Source of the DNA: Pecten maximus | Taxonomy: Eukaryota | Direction of reading: 5' to 3' | Length of the DNA: 64,000 nt | NCBI RefSeq assembly: GCF_902652985.1 | Contig: NC_047028.1 | Location: 10,416,001 to 10,480,000, forward strand | Shown here: in pieces, positions 1 through 14,278 of the stretch | Numbering within the stretch: position 1 is the first letter of the stretch | How the letters are laid out: the number at the start of each line of letters is the position of its first letter | Notes under the pieces: model-generated | The model's database searches: none | What the model saw: the letters and a program-made list of their open reading frames with translations, nothing else | What the model was told of the DNA's origin: nothing | Made by a program: the position numbers and the translations under genes

Positions 1-3000
1 AGAGTGTAGATAAAGTGAATCGATGATGAACTAGAAAATTATTGATTATAATCAGTACAACTAAGCACAAATTTGCCTATAGAAATTAATGCACCGTATA
101 TTACATATATACACACATAATTATCATATGCTCTAAAATGAGACATTAAGAAGTTAAATGTGGTCAGTGGCACAGTAACTGGTATAAAGCTTGCAGATAA
201 ACCAAGTAATGACAAGAGTTCAAATGATTGAAAGGTTATATCACGTATGGAATAAAGCTGAAAAAGAGAGGAAAAACATACCTAATACTATAAAGTGAGA
301 TAGTATTTAAAGGAGCACTAGATTCTGCGTCTGTGAATGAGACAGATGCAAGAACTACATCCTTCTGATGGAGGTCTAATTAAGGAAACAGTGCCAATGA
401 TAAAGTGTTAAGGATGATAATTAGGTACTGGGAACGCACCCTGAAGATGTAAGAGGATAACAAGCTCCGTATGTCAACTATATCTACTAATAATAGACAA
501 AGAAAGGGTTGCAGATGTCCTAAGAAAGTCAACAAACTGGTTGCCAAGACTAAGGAACTTACATACACAGAACAGGTAGTTATAATGAACCTGCCAACAC
601 TCAAACTGATTACGATGCATAAAAGGAGATACGATTAAAGTTATAAGTACTTAATGCAATAAGGATACTGAATGTAGTACAGGGCTTATACAGCTAACTT
701 AAATAAACAAGATGTGAGTATTCCGAGAAACACCCAGAGAAGAGACTTGACTCTGTCGGACTCCAGAGAAGCAGCTTGACTCCAGGTATTTCACAGTGAA
801 GAAAGAAATTGAGTACTCAAAACTAAAGAAGGGGCTTGACTCTACTGAACAGCAGAAATACAATAAGGATACTGAATGGTGTACAGGGCTTAAACAGCTA
901 ACTTAATTTAACAAGACTTGAGTATTTGGAGAAACACCCAGAGAAGAAACTTGGCTCTGATGAACTCCAGAGAAGCAACTTGACTCCAGGTATTTCACGG
1001 TGAAGAAAGAAAATGGAGTACTCAAAACTTATAGAAGGAGCTTGACTCTACTGAACCGCAGAGAAGCAACTTGACTCTAAAATGCCTGACTTAGAGAAGA
1101 AGCTTGACTCTACTTGACAGCAGAGAAGCAACTTGACTCTAAAATGCTTGACTTAGAGAAGAAGCTTGACTCTACTTGACAGCAGAGAAGCAACTTGACT
1201 CTAAAAAGCCTGACTTAGAGAAGAAGCTTGACTCTACTTGACAGCAGAGAAGCAACTTGACTCTAAATCATTCATACTGAAAGGTCCTACTAGAGAAGAA
1301 GCTTGACCCTACTGAGCCATAGAGAAGCGACTTGACTCTAGTACCCCTGTAGTGACAAACTTGACTCCTATGTGCTACTGAGAATCCCCTTGGCTCAGAG
1401 TCGCAGTGACTCATGAGAAGAGACTTGACTCGCAGACACAGCTGAGAAGACCCTTGACTCTTGAGTTGTGATTACTCATGAGAAGAGTTTTGACTCATGA
1501 TTGGAGAAGCGATGACATGACTGCATAAACTAACGAATCAAAACACAGCGAAGTAGTAGCTGGTGGCATGACAAACTTGACTCCTAAGTGCTACTGAGAA
1601 GACCCTTGGCTCCGAGTCTCAGTGACTCGTGAGAAGAGACTTGACTCGCAGACACAGCTGAGAAGAGTTTTGACTCTGAGTGTGATTACTCATGAGAAGA
1701 GTTTTGACTCATGATTGGAGAAGCTAAGACCTGACTACGTAAGCTAACGAATCAAAACACAGCGAAGTAGTAGGTAGCTAGTGCGGGACACTCTTGACTA
1801 AGTGCTACTGAGAAGACTACATACTTTGAGTCGCAGTGACTCATGAGAAGAGACTTGACTCGCAGACACAGCTGAGAAGACCCTTGACTCTTGAGTTCTG
1901 ATTACTCATGAGAAGAGTTTTGACTCATGATTGGAGAAGCGATGACATGACTGCATAAACTAACGAATCAAAACACAGCGAAGTAGTAGCTGGTGGCATG
2001 ACAAACTTGACTCCTAAGTGCTACTGAGAAGACCCTTGGCTCTGAGTCTCAGTGACTCGTGAGAAGAAACTTGACTCGCAGACACAGCTGAGAAGACCCT
2101 TGACTTCGAGTTATGACAACTCAAGAGAAGAGTGACTTGATTGTGGTTGAAGACATGACCTGATTACCCACAAAATAAACAAATAAAACATGGCATAGGT
2201 TGGTGGCTATTGTAAGGAAAAACTTCACTTCTTATGGCTGCTGAGAAGATCCTAGACTTTAAGTTGTGATTACTCATGAGATGAGTGACTGACTCGTAAT
2301 AGAAGAGGCTTGGTCTGACTGATAACTAATTAAACCTAGTACATGATAATAACAATCTAGTAACAGACTAAATAAAGTGAGGAAGAAACATCATCTCTAT
2401 ATATATCTATGACAAAGCTCTCCTTAACAGTTGCATAATATATTCCGCACAATGTATAAACAAGAATCTGTGACAAGTACAAGGAAAACAATAATGCTAG
2501 ATACAGATAAAAGGTGTGACAGCTATGCCGTAAACCAATTATTTAGAAATATCTGTGACAAGTACATAGAAAACAGTAACGCTAGATACAGATAGAAGGT
2601 GTGAACGCGAAGATATAAATGTTTACTAGAGTAACAAGTATCGAGAATGCTCCTCTGATATCCACGCTGTAACCAAAGTCTGGTCAGGTACAACAAGTCA
2701 AAATAGACAGATTGATGAGTAATCTCACCGCTGAAAAGTCCAAGACAACTGAGTTGGAAGCATAGTAAGCTGATGCTACGATTTCCACTTTATCTGCATG
2801 TCGCTATCATCGGGAGATGGAAACGCATAATGTAGTTCGGTGAGTTTCCGAGTCGTCTGTATGTAGTTATCAAAGTTGTTCGTTGATTATCCGAGGAGTC
2901 TGCATGTCGTAATCGTCGGGAGATTGAAATTCCGACTAGTTAAGTTGTTCGGTTAGTTCCGAGTACACTGCATGTCGTAATATCGCGAGATGGAAATCTA

Positions 3001-3696
3001 GACTAATAATGTTGTACGTGTAGTTCCTTAATTATTTTTCCTTAAATCAGATAATTACCCCTACAAAATTAACCGTAAACGCCAAGAAGACGATGCAATG
3101 CCCTACAGTGTTCGACAAGACATGGGCGCTGCCATCTTGAATCCCGCACGGAATCCTGGGATCGCGCACCAAGCTGCTGGTAGTGACGCGTTCCTGACCT
3201 GCTTGGCCGCCATGTTAGATGACCCGAGAAGGTTTACAAACTGATGTCTTTCGATTTCCACTAGCACGAATAAGTCACACACAAAGTTAGATCCCGATAG
3301 CAAAGAAAACACATTGTGGTTGCAAAAAGACTGTTAGGATCCAAATAGGAAATACACAGCTCGATGACGAATGACATTCGTCAATGTAAACTAAAGGAAA
3401 TGTCCTCGACACACGTCGATAAAAATGTAAACAAACACAACACACGTGTAAATACCGTTATTGGTGTGTACTTCACTGTCGTAGGAGACGACAACTCCAG
3501 GCAAAACACTCGTAAGTTCAAAAGTCAATAGGAGTTGTTGCGACGAAAGTAAACAATAGGAGAAAATAATGATGAATAAAACACTGCTGCTACAAATAAT
3601 CACGCTGCTTGAAAATGAATGCAGGTGGCGCTATCCCCTGACGTATTTCCATTGGTCAAGAACATCACGTGATCAAAGGCGCGAGGTTAGAAACAG
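1..3696 (-). mobile_element. Degenerate repeat-rich insertion in a TPP2 intron; possibly a decayed DIRS-like retroelement
   Basis: Compositionally distinct block with a GC-richer, regulatory-looking end (3620-3696), AAGATGGC/AACATGGCG motifs on the minus strand and internal tandem repeats. There is no intact ORF and the family assignment rests only on faint resemblance. Confidence 0.3.
657..2300. repeat. Hierarchical tandem repeat built on a GAGAAG..CTTGACTC core (periods about 62, 204, 215 and 430 bp)
   Basis: CAATAAGGATACTGAATG at 657 and 861; GAGAAGCAACTTGACTCT at 1061, 1123, 1185 and 1247; about 215-bp units starting near 1352, 1569, 1787 and 1999; identical blocks 430 bp apart (1510 vs 1940). 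Confidence 0.9.
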
Positions 3697-4003
3697 ATAT
3701 TTACTAACATGAAGACTGTGATGGGGTTTTTAAATGTTGTGTACAAACAACTATTTAGTAAACAAAATATCATGGAATATTTACATAGAGAGCTATTTGA
3801 AAGCATCAATATTACTGAGACTTACCTTAAAATAAATACAGTTGTATGTATGCAAGTAATCATATCAAGACATAAATTATGGAAGGTACACAAGTTCAAT
3901 AGACATACCCTTTATTATATACCATGTACAGAAATAAGACCTGTATGTCTGATAAGAACTGGTGCCTGAATTAATGATAATGGAATTATGTAATTATCAT
4001 TAC

Positions 4004-7000
4004 CTTGGCGACTGATTGTCCCATACTGTCTCTCTTCAGCAAAGTTGGCTAAAAGTTTACAATCACCAAGATCACCCTTCTCTGTTGTATCAACACAGGC
4101 TCTGTAAGTAAAACAGTAATATTTGTCACTAGGCTCTGTAAGTAAAACATTAATATTTGTCACTATGTACAGTAAGACTAGCCCAATACATAAGGAATGT
4201 AGATCTTAATGACATATTAAGCAATTGGCTACGAACTAAAGACAATCTGATTAGCAGATTTTATTGATACAAGCATATTCTTAATCATTTCAGGTTTGCA
4301 TGTACATGTATACTCGTCCTGTATTATATGAATGTTTAAATAATTACTTCAGTTGCAATGAAGCAAATTAAACATTGACCCCACAACGTGTCTCTGATAA
4401 TTAATAACTAGAAACTGATACCACTAATTGACAGGAGCCATATAGCAAAATGGTGAAATGGAAGGAACATGATAATAATGGCACATATTTGGGGAAAATA
4501 CCAAGAGGGCTTAGAAAACCCTAAAAAACTTAAGTAGATTGTTGCACATGACCCTGTCCCTCCCAGAAAAGATTAAACATTAAACAGACAACACTTACTC
4601 ATGCATGTCAACCTCTGAAACCTCCAATGAGGGAGATCTCCCTCATTCCACATCCAAAATGAGGGAGAAAGTGCGTGAAAAAAATCGCGACATTTTTGTT
4701 GCATTTAGGTGATGTTCCTCATGAGCTTGTGCAGGTGTAAATTACCTTGGGCTACATTTGATATTAAAGTTTGACTACAATGCATATGGTTAATTGTAAG
4801 GAATAATAATAATAAAAAAAAAATTTTTTTAAAAAGATTAATTCTTTTAAAAAATGTTTTTAGAAATTTCATAGCGAGGAACTGTATTTAGTGAATTAAT
4901 AATGATGTAGTCACTTGAAATTTGCAACCAGTATACAAATGTAACTACTTATCTCCTGATTTTTTTTTTTTTTGTTCTGAAATATATCTAAATGTATTTA
5001 TCAAATTATCTCCCTTCCTTTCTCAAATAATAATTACACAGTGATTTATTAATTTTTGTTTTACTACTAGTTCCATTGTGACATGAAACAAACTTCTTAA
5101 AAAGTGTTTTTGTTTTTTTTTCTGACCCAAATTGAAATCCGGATTTTTGTGGCAGTTTACGACTTTATATTAGTATTGTCCAATTAAAGATGGCGGCAGT
5201 ACAAACGCTGGTACTGACAGCTACGATTAAGAAAGGCATTATTGGCTTTCATGTGAGTAAATCTTGTTGACAGATATTACCAGTGTTTTTTCTTAAAGAG
5301 ATGTATCCTAGTTGTAATCACAAAATTAACTGACCGTGTCAAATGAAGCCACATGGGTTATAATGTATGCCAGTCGGCAGGCACGCATGCATGGACTTGG
5401 TGACCGGTGACCAACTCCCCTCTCACCAAGCCCCAGGCCAGGGCAGCTACACAGGTGGTGGGGGTGTTTTGTTTACATAATCAGTTTAGGGTCGAAGTGT
5501 CTGAGATTTCCGGGGTTTTATGATTCTGTTCAAATCCGGGAGAAATTTAACCCCGATTCGGGAACTGTACCAAATCGGGATTTAGGGGAAATTTTAATGA
5601 TTTTCCGGGCACTTCCCGCGTAATCCGGGATGGTTGACACCTATGCTTACTAATTATTATCTGAACCATGTAAAACGATATTACATTAATTATTAAAACA
5701 CTAATTATCATTATCTAAACCACTACCTCCAGGTATTGCCATCGTGAAATACAACACAGTCAAACACTGGTCCACAGTCATGGTATTTTTTGTCTAAGCT
5801 TGTCAAGAGGTCCACTCTGGCCTGCAGGTCTTCCTTCACAAGTTTTTCTTCCTAATCACAAATCATACAATCATACAATGGAGTACATACTAATTTTATT
5901 AGCTAGTGTATCCAGATATACACAATAGTATGTAAAAATTAAACAACAATAATTGATCAGAAGTATTACACTAAAACTTCGCTATAACAAATTCCATTCC
6001 AAATGACTTGTTACAAATGAAATTCATTATAGAGTTACATGTATTTCAAATTCATTTACTTCTTAATTTACATTTTACATCTTTTTAAAGCAATCCGTGA
6101 TTTTGACATGTTTCTTTACCAATACTTCCTCAAAGTATGATTTGAATGCCAACAGGCTACTGAACAGTTCGAGTGGGGCGTTCTTGGTTGAACAAATATA
6201 TCTACGCAGAGTTTCAACACCTTGATATGCTGTTTCAGTTTTAACAGATTCATACTTAATAATGTGTTGATTGATTCCCCTTTTTGGCCCAAGGTTTCAC
6301 TTTGAAATAAACAAGGCTAAAATTGACACTTTCGGAAACATGGGCCAGGAAAACTTGTATTAGATGCAAGTATTTACTTGATGGGACCACAAAATGACTT
6401 TGTATCAAAAGAAAATCTGCTATATAGCGAATTTGTAATATGTTTCTAATGGAGTTATAAGCAAAGAGAAAAGCCAAAACCAGGGATTTGAATTTACTTC
6501 ATAACAAGGAGAAATTTGTATCAAACAGGTTCTTCTGAAGAAAGTTTTACTGTATCTTATATCTCCTGGGATATATCTGGTAGTTTACCTGGGGATACAA
6601 TTTATCCTTTGTAAAAATGTGATAAACCTGGCAAATAAGTCTACCTGACTAGGACTTGAGTTTTTAGCATCAAATTCTTCAAGTTTGCGAGAAGCCTCTG
6701 CCAGAGCAGCCCGATGAGGAGGATCCCATGACTGTTCCCTACGCTCCTTCACCACTCGGTCTTGCAGGCGTTTCGGGTACAGATCAAAGAGATTCTTGGC
6801 TCCGATGTGATACTTTCCTGAAGGGTTTGTCCAGGAAGATGGGATCTAAAATAGATAACATAGATGTCATCAATCAAAACATTAAATTTGTAGTAAAATG
6901 TACATGTGACTCTATCATAATAATGAATATTTTGTCAGTTACAAATATCTTACATATATTTTTTTTACTTTGGGATACTGTAATTAAAAGCCTATTACGA

Positions 7001-8977
7001 GGTAAATGATTCAAGAAGCAATTGACCAATGATATATCAGTTTACATAAAATGAGTACCCAGACTGGCTTCGTAATACCTTTAACTTTCGTCCTGTGACA
7101 CCAGTTATTTCCCCATCTTCTGGCTCTACCACTTTGGAAGTGTCTACGTCGCCAGAACCAGTGGCATCAATTACATCTACAATCTTTGGACTGCCATTTG
7201 TCGTAACCTGAAATGTATGGGTAAATTTTAAGCAGTGAAAACTCAGGGGTTATATATATGTATAAGGCGAGAATGGCCTAGATCATCAATTGAGAACTAA
7301 ATAAAGCAAGTGTTTCTGCTTTTTGAAAGAATTGATGTCTCAATTAGCGCTATATAAATATCATAGAAGTCAGAAAGATGTTATATATGTCAGTTTTGTA
7401 TGTACCAAAAGCTTAAGGGACAGTTACACAAAAAGTTTTTGTAACAAAATCCCATATTTTCATATATATACAATACATCATATAATGGAGCACCCTATAG
7501 CTGCAGTAGTTGCATACTAGAAATGTGGCTGTCAAATCGTCCAACATCTAGAAATGACTATTAAAGGAAATCTAATTCTAAAACTCATAAAGGTTAAGAA
7601 ATACAAATTAATCTATAGATCTTGTTCGAGACAAATTTTAAAAAGAGTGAGACTTCAAAGACAGAGACACCAAAGTTATCTACAGAAATAACCATGGAAA
7701 GGTAATGACTTGTAAGTAATTACTGGTAATTATATATATATAATAATATAACAATTCTGTGCTCCCAATTAAAACTTTTAAAAAAAAGTTTGTTTGTCTT
7801 GAATATTGAAGATAATGGACTTAAAATTGGGAGACGAGTATCACAAACTGAAGTTCATAAATTAAATCAATATCATTACAGTTCAAACAGTGTTAACACC
7901 TTAAAATAAGCCATTCTGCTCCTAATGCCTTGTAGTGGTGCATTTGAATAAAAATACAATACCTGTTGAACATAATTATCAATAAGCGATAAATCAATTA
8001 TTTTGATTGCATTTGTTGTTTTGATTTTGTTGTTGGATAAAAGATGATAAATTCAGAAAGAGGTATAGATGATACATACAGTTCGGTCAAAAAACAATCC
8101 TTCTTTACATGATTAATATCTGAAAGGACTATAAAGATCCAGTAGGATATCATATCCTCCTGTTCTAATTACTGAATCTTTTTTTAAATCTGCTATCTAC
8201 TGTCACTGCCCTAAAATCGCTCTCCGTCTCTATATAGATAATCAGTTTGGCTTTCTTGGAATCAATCAATCTCTTTCTGTTTCATAACATTATCTTCAAC
8301 AAAGTTGTTCCGTACCATCTAGAAATAGAATTAGAAGTTCGTCTATGTTTGCTAAATGTGTTGTTTTCATTTTAAATTTGCATTTGACCTTCACATTTCT
8401 AATTACAATCTGGAATTCCTTTTATGCTTTTTATAGTGTAGGCTGCCATATATTTATCAAAGGAAAGTTCAACATAACTTTTCCAGAGGTGTATAAAAAG
8501 CACGTTTTAATGATTATGGGTGTAAAGATGATGCGATTTTGATCACAACGTATGCGACTGTTTTAGGGCGAATTGACCCTCACAAAACTCGTCCCCGTTA
8601 CAACACCGAGTAATAAACACGATTACACAATACCATTCATCAGTATAAATATTGAATTAAATTTCGATGGTTTCTGAGATTATAGAAGCGATTTACGCCA
8701 ATAATTGGACAGTTTACAACCAAATAAACTGAGAAAGGGAACTAATAGAATCAGCTGATTCATGACAAGTGTGTGCTTGTGAAAATATTTGGACAATAGT
8801 TAAAAATCTTAGTACTTGTAATCCCGGAGCACCAGGATCGACTCCTGTATCGAGAATCGCAATTAGAACACCCTTTCCATCGTAATCTGGGTATTTCGTT
8901 AAGAAAGCTGCAGCCCCAGTCTCTTTCTTGGGAAGGATTCCTTCAATGGGAAAATCAGCTTCGACAGTAGACGCCAT
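4004..8977 (-). CDS. TPP2: Tripeptidyl-peptidase II, 5' part (coding exons 8977-8816, 7207-7079, 6845-6645, 5851-5727, 4101-4004; gene continues left, beyond this span)
   Basis: All introns are GT-AG with consistent phases. Spliced product reads [54 protein letters not shown] / [24 protein letters not shown]... / [15 protein letters not shown]... / [10 protein letters not shown]...[16 protein letters not shown] / [11 protein letters not shown]..., which is the recognisable TPP2 N-terminus with the subtilisin catalytic Asp in ILDTG. No further exon was found in 1-4003. Confidence 0.96.
4600..5645. mobile_element. Non-autonomous DNA transposon (hAT-like) with imperfect 14-bp TIRs and a 6-bp TSD, in TPP2 intron 4
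   Basis: Left end CATGCATGTCAACC; right end GGTTGACACCTATG (reverse complement matches 11/14). CTTACT flanks both sides (4594-4599 and 5646-5651). Subterminal CGGGA-like repeats near the right end. Confidence 0.7.
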
Positions 8978-9484
8978 GTTTCGCAGACGATTGTCTCTAA
9001 TATCACCAAAACGCTTACTTCGACGGTTCCAACATCAAGCGTTATTGTGACGGAGATTACAACAATATTAAGAAACCTTGCACCGTAGATTTAGACTCTC
9101 TACACAAGGCGACAGTCAGCTGTCCTAAAACGGGTCTCTTTTCAAAAACATATATAAATAAATCGATAAATCAGTAAATAACAAGAAAAGATGAATAAAT
9201 CAAAACTTACGTTACATGCATTTATCGAAATCATGTAGATGATCTAGTCTTATATTGCATAGAAATATAATTTTTCATGACACTAACGTTACAAAACATA
9301 TTTAAAAAGTGTTTAGTGTTGTTTCTTTGTTTAACTTGTTTGGGGAAAAATGGGCATGCGAGGTCTATGTTATTTTTGTTTTCGCACGGAAGAAAAAACA
9401 GTTCATCGGGTTGATAAATAAAATCATACTCAAATCAAATCAAATCATTTTTGTTCATTTATAGATCTAGTCAGCACATATTAA

Positions 9485-10177
9485 AACAAGAGCTATTGGA
9501 GAACAGAATAGCTCGTCTTGCAAATGTTTGTCAATAAATAATTAAATATATTAATTGGTATAGTTTCGCAAATTTCATTAATAATAATTTTATATTGTTT
9601 ACTTTATCAGATTGTGTATAATTGTGTATTCATGCAATTTTCAAACCATACCAATTTATATATATATGTGTAATTTATTTATTGGCAAACATTGGAGGGA
9701 CAAGCTATGCTGTTGTAGATTGAATAAATATATTAATAATTGCTTTTGGACCTATCGGTATTTCTGCATTTTTTGATAAAATATTAATCTAATGAGAGTT
9801 GTCTCCCTTGAAAAATGTGGACCGGTATAAATTGTCTAATGTGAGCATTTTCGCATTGGTTTTTTTTCGTTTCACTCCAAAAAGGGTTAGTGTAACTCCA
9901 GAGGGACTCTTTTACCAAATATCAGCACCCTAGTACAATTATAAAGTGATGTGTTAATAGCTTTCAACACTTCCACCAAAAACTTTTTCCAAAAAAAACT
10001 TTTAGTTTTACTCTGGGAAGGGATAGTTTAACCCCCACAGGGACCATATTACCATAAATTACTATGCCTTTTAGCAATTGCACCAAAACCTTAACATTTG
10101 AAAAACCAACGCCGACACCGACACCGACGCCGGAGTGACAAGATAAGCTCTCCCTCTTCTCAGAAGATACGAGCTAA
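9485..10177 (-). mobile_element. Non-autonomous Helentron-type element (HINE/DINE-like)
   Basis: On the minus strand it starts TTAGCTCG with a short inverted repeat, then a (GTCGGT)-type microsatellite. It ends with CGAGCTA in a GAGCTATT..AATAGCTC hairpin followed by TTGTT, in T-rich flanks with no TSD. Confidence 0.7.
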
Positions 10178-12499
10178 CAAATCAACAATAACTCTATTGA
10201 GCTGATAAAACCGACTCATACAGTAAAATACATACACAGTTACATAATAAACAAAATATAAACACATAAAAGTATGGCATATTAGGTTCAAAGTTCATGA
10301 TTTGCCCTCTATACTCAGAGACCTATAGCTACTTTGATTCTGATAATTATTTTTAGATAAAACATTCATTTAAATAAAAAAAAAAATATAATAATTCACA
10401 CTATTAAAACCTTTAGCTTACCTTACCAAAGTAAATTTATTTTAAAACATCCATATATTTATTAACTACAGCCGGAAAACTTGTTAGGGCAATCACCTGC
10501 ACTCTGGTTTGTATTCTAGCTGTGATGCTACTTTTTACATTATATTTCTGTAATTGACATATTTGTTCTCAATTCTTATAGGCTATTTTCTTATAAGGAT
10601 TGAGACTCTAACAATTTTCATAAAAAGGTGAAAAGAAAAGATAGGCCTGCGCCATGTACACTATAGGGACCTACCTAATTTGAATCCTAATCAGCGGAAT
10701 ACTTTCAGTGTGAACAGAACACGAGTCTGTACGTTTACGGTGAATACTTGCCACGCCCTGTACCACCCATTAATCGATAGATATAGAGGATATCTAACAG
10801 TGTCTTCAGTAATAGCAAATATATAGTGTGGCTAATATTTTGATATTTTTTCACGAGTGCGTAGCACGAATGAAAAATCTCAAAATAGCCTATAAGGACG
10901 AAATAACTGCATGATGTAATCAGTCTAATTCATTTTTGCTCTAATGTAACCATCTCTCAATTTGATAAAATCTCAGTATTCCAATTTAAGTAATTCTTGT
11001 AGTCCCCACCAATCTGCAACTTGGAGGACTTTACACGGTCTTTTGGACATGTTCTAGTTCTACGATAAATTCAGCCTCATTTGAATCAACACTTGGTCAA
11101 GAGGTCAAGAGGTCAAGAGAAAGGTTTTATAGTACCAACGGATATGTCAACAGTACTAGTGTGAAATCAATAAAAATGCAATTGTACTACGCACATTTCA
11201 GTTTTTGAGAGAACAAGATTTGCCCTTTGAAAATGAATAAAAGCGAGCACGCCCATTTAGCACATTGGTAGGTCTATTAAAAGAGTGATAAATCGTCACA
11301 CCTTACGTACATACCTGAGCGCAATACTGCAACACAAGCTATAAAGAACTTTAATTATTCCCTATCTTAATCATGCGGAAAAATCACTAAATAATAGGAT
11401 ATTTTTCTAAGAATATCATTATGTAAATTAAGTCACAACGACAGTTGGTCAGGTGACATTACTGATAGCGAAATAAATGAGATGTAAATAATAAAATGTG
11501 TATAAATCAATATATTACACGTCTTATATGAGGAGTAAGGTACGTCCATATTACGCTGATTATGTCTTCTATAATGCCACAGACACCGAGGAAGATATCG
11601 AAATCGTCATGTTAATTAATACATGTACGTGTTATTATCAATATTATTGTGATATAGGAGATACAGTCTGATGTTTAATGTTTTAATATTTGAATATGTA
11701 ATTTATTGGAATATCTATCAGGAAAACAAGATAATACAAACAAACCTTTAGGGACTGCCATGTTTACGTCCAAAACAAGTAGGCTATTGATAATAATGTT
11801 GTTCATTCTGTTATGTGAGAAATGCAGGAAGTATTTAGGTTCTCTACAGGATATCAATTACAACATAAGGACCAATGGAAACAATGAGTGTTCGTACTAC
11901 ATATATCTTTTAACATCAGAACAAAACAATGTATCATAATAATTTATTATATTTTGATAAAACAGAAAAATCAATCGTGAGATATTCGAGCACAATCAAA
12001 ACTGTTCTCGTTTAGAAATAACAGACATAAAAAGAAGTAAAACATATCAAACACCAGTATTTTGACATGAATGTTTTGATAGTACACGTATTTCGTTTCC
12101 TGTATTTTTTCGGTCATAGGAGCAATAGGAATAGCTGTTATGTACGGAATTCTGACATCACCCTGCTTACTGCCTACGGGTTTCTGAATTTGAACTACAT
12201 TCAACTTTCTTTCCCGCATAGTATCGATGGTATTGGAAATGATTCTGATGTGGAAAACGTACCGTCGCATGGGCGGTTATATGCCTAGAGCCAAAATATC
12301 GCCTTACTTACCCATTTCAAAAGCAGCTAACCAGGATACTAGGTAAGTCAGCAGCTGGATTCCATTGAAAAGATAACGTCAACAACACCGTAAATGACAT
12401 CACAGACGTTTACTTTTGCGGAATCTTTCTCGCGACAATTAGAACCATTTTATTGAAAAGTGTCACATTCTGGGTACCGTCACAATTTGGGTACCCTGA

Positions 12500-13130
12500 C
12501 CTTACTGCTTACTACCTACTACGTGCTGCCAGCATATAGCTCCAGTTCTTACTGCTTGCTATACATTAACAGCTTACTGCAGACCGCCTACTGCGTTCAT
12601 GACAACTTACCTTACCAAATTTGATAATGTTGTGCGATATATGAATTTGCGAAATAATCGTCCGCAGTCCGCAGTCCGCAGTAGGCAATGTAAAGTAAGC
12701 AGTAGGGTGTAATCAATCGGTAGTAAGCTGTAAGCAGCAGGCACTACGAACTAAGTAGTTGACAATAAGCAATAGAGAGTAGACAGAACATTGTACACAA
12801 TGCAAAGTAAACCATTGACAATAAGCAATAGAGTGTAGACCAGACATAGTGCCAAGTACGAAATAAGCAGTTGACATTAAGCAATAAGCAGTAAACCGTA
12901 CATAGTATACACTATCAAGTAAGCAATTGACCATAAGCAAAATGCAATTGACCGTACATGTATTACGAAGTAAGCAGTTGACAATAAGTAGCATGCAGAA
13001 AACATTAGGCAGCGTATAGCAAGCAGTCAGCAGTGGATCTATTGCTGTCATAACGCAATGTAGCTTGGTAGCATGCAGTAGGACATATGAAATGCATGTA
13101 CTTTAAATAGAGCAAGCAGTAGCCCATACA
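12500..13130. repeat. Degenerate low-complexity AAGCAGT/AAGCAAT-rich repeat
   Basis: Many imperfect TAAGCAGT / ACAATAAGCAAT motifs, with their complement (CTTACTGC) at 12500-12600. Confidence 0.6.
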
Positions 13131-13807
13131 AATCTGGACCTGCAAGGTAAATTAATGCGATGAATACCCTTATTTGCAATCATCATCGCTAAATGACACC
13201 AACAAATGCAAGCATTGACTAGCCAAGCCTAAATAACAGTTGCATGTATTATCGGATAAGCGAAGATACATAAAAACAGCAACTAACTTTACATGATTTT
13301 GGTTCTTTCATTTCGCTTAACTCCAAATCTAGATTGGTGGTTTTGTAGTTTCAAAATATTTTATTAACAATACCCATATAAAATACAGTATTGTCAAAAG
13401 AATGAGACAACAGGCTAAGCCTATATAAGTCTTCTTATGAAGATATTCTGGTTGGACGTGGCAGAAAGATGCTTTGTTCCATATTTAGATACTAAATTAA
13501 TGACATATTGCTAAAAAGGCAATATTGGTTACTGAATAGTATTAGTTATATCAAAAATAGAAATCTAGATTGGTTGGTGAATTAGCTCCACAATTCAATA
13601 ATTTTGATGTCATATAATGACATTCTGAGCCTTGTCACTATCAAAATGAATTAAACGTGGCATAAAGATCCGGCAGACCTCGATTGTCCACCAGCAATAT
13701 CGACGACCTGCAATCTCAGAGGGTTAAACGAAAGGGCCAAACCTAAAAAATAAGCACTTTTGATTACGAAATGGGGGTAAAATAAAGTAAAAGAAGAATT
13801 AATCATC

Positions 13808-14093
13808 ATACAGTTGTTCCGTCCTTCTTTGACTTCTCAGTGATGCTAGGGACATCATACAATTGTTTTATCCTTGTAGGTCTCGTCAGTGGTGCTAGGA
13901 ACATCTTATAGATGTTTCGTTCGTCTAGGGGTCGTCGGTGATGTTAGGGGCACCATACAGTTATTGCATCCTTCTATGACTCGTCAGTGACGCTAGGGAC
14001 ACCATATAGTTATTGCATCCATTTTAGGACTCGCCAGTGACGCTAGGGACATCTTACAGCTGTTCCGTTGTGTTAGAGGTCGTCAATGACGCC
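13808..14093. repeat. Degenerate tandem repeat, about 49-bp unit, 5-6 copies
   Basis: GTGA(T/C)GCTAGGGAC-like motif recurs near 13840, 13889, 13938, 13987 and 14037. Confidence 0.8.
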
Positions 14094-14278
14094 TGTGTCA
14101 GTAAAAATGTAATTTTGTTTCCTATTGGTCATTGTCACGATTAATAAGAATTATTCTACTGTGGAAACTGTTATGAAAAAAATAATTAGATATTATATTT
14201 GAGAAACAGAGCTTAAAGAATTGTTTTCGGACGGCAAACAGACTAATAAAAGCTAAAACGCCGATCTGAATTGTTCCA

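Noticed and set aside
11706-12288. Hydrophobic short frames (for example YTYFVSCIFSVIGAIGIAVMYGILTSPCLL) suggesting a membrane-protein relic
   Set aside because: No consistent exon chain or recognisable family could be built; a tBLASTx search would be needed.
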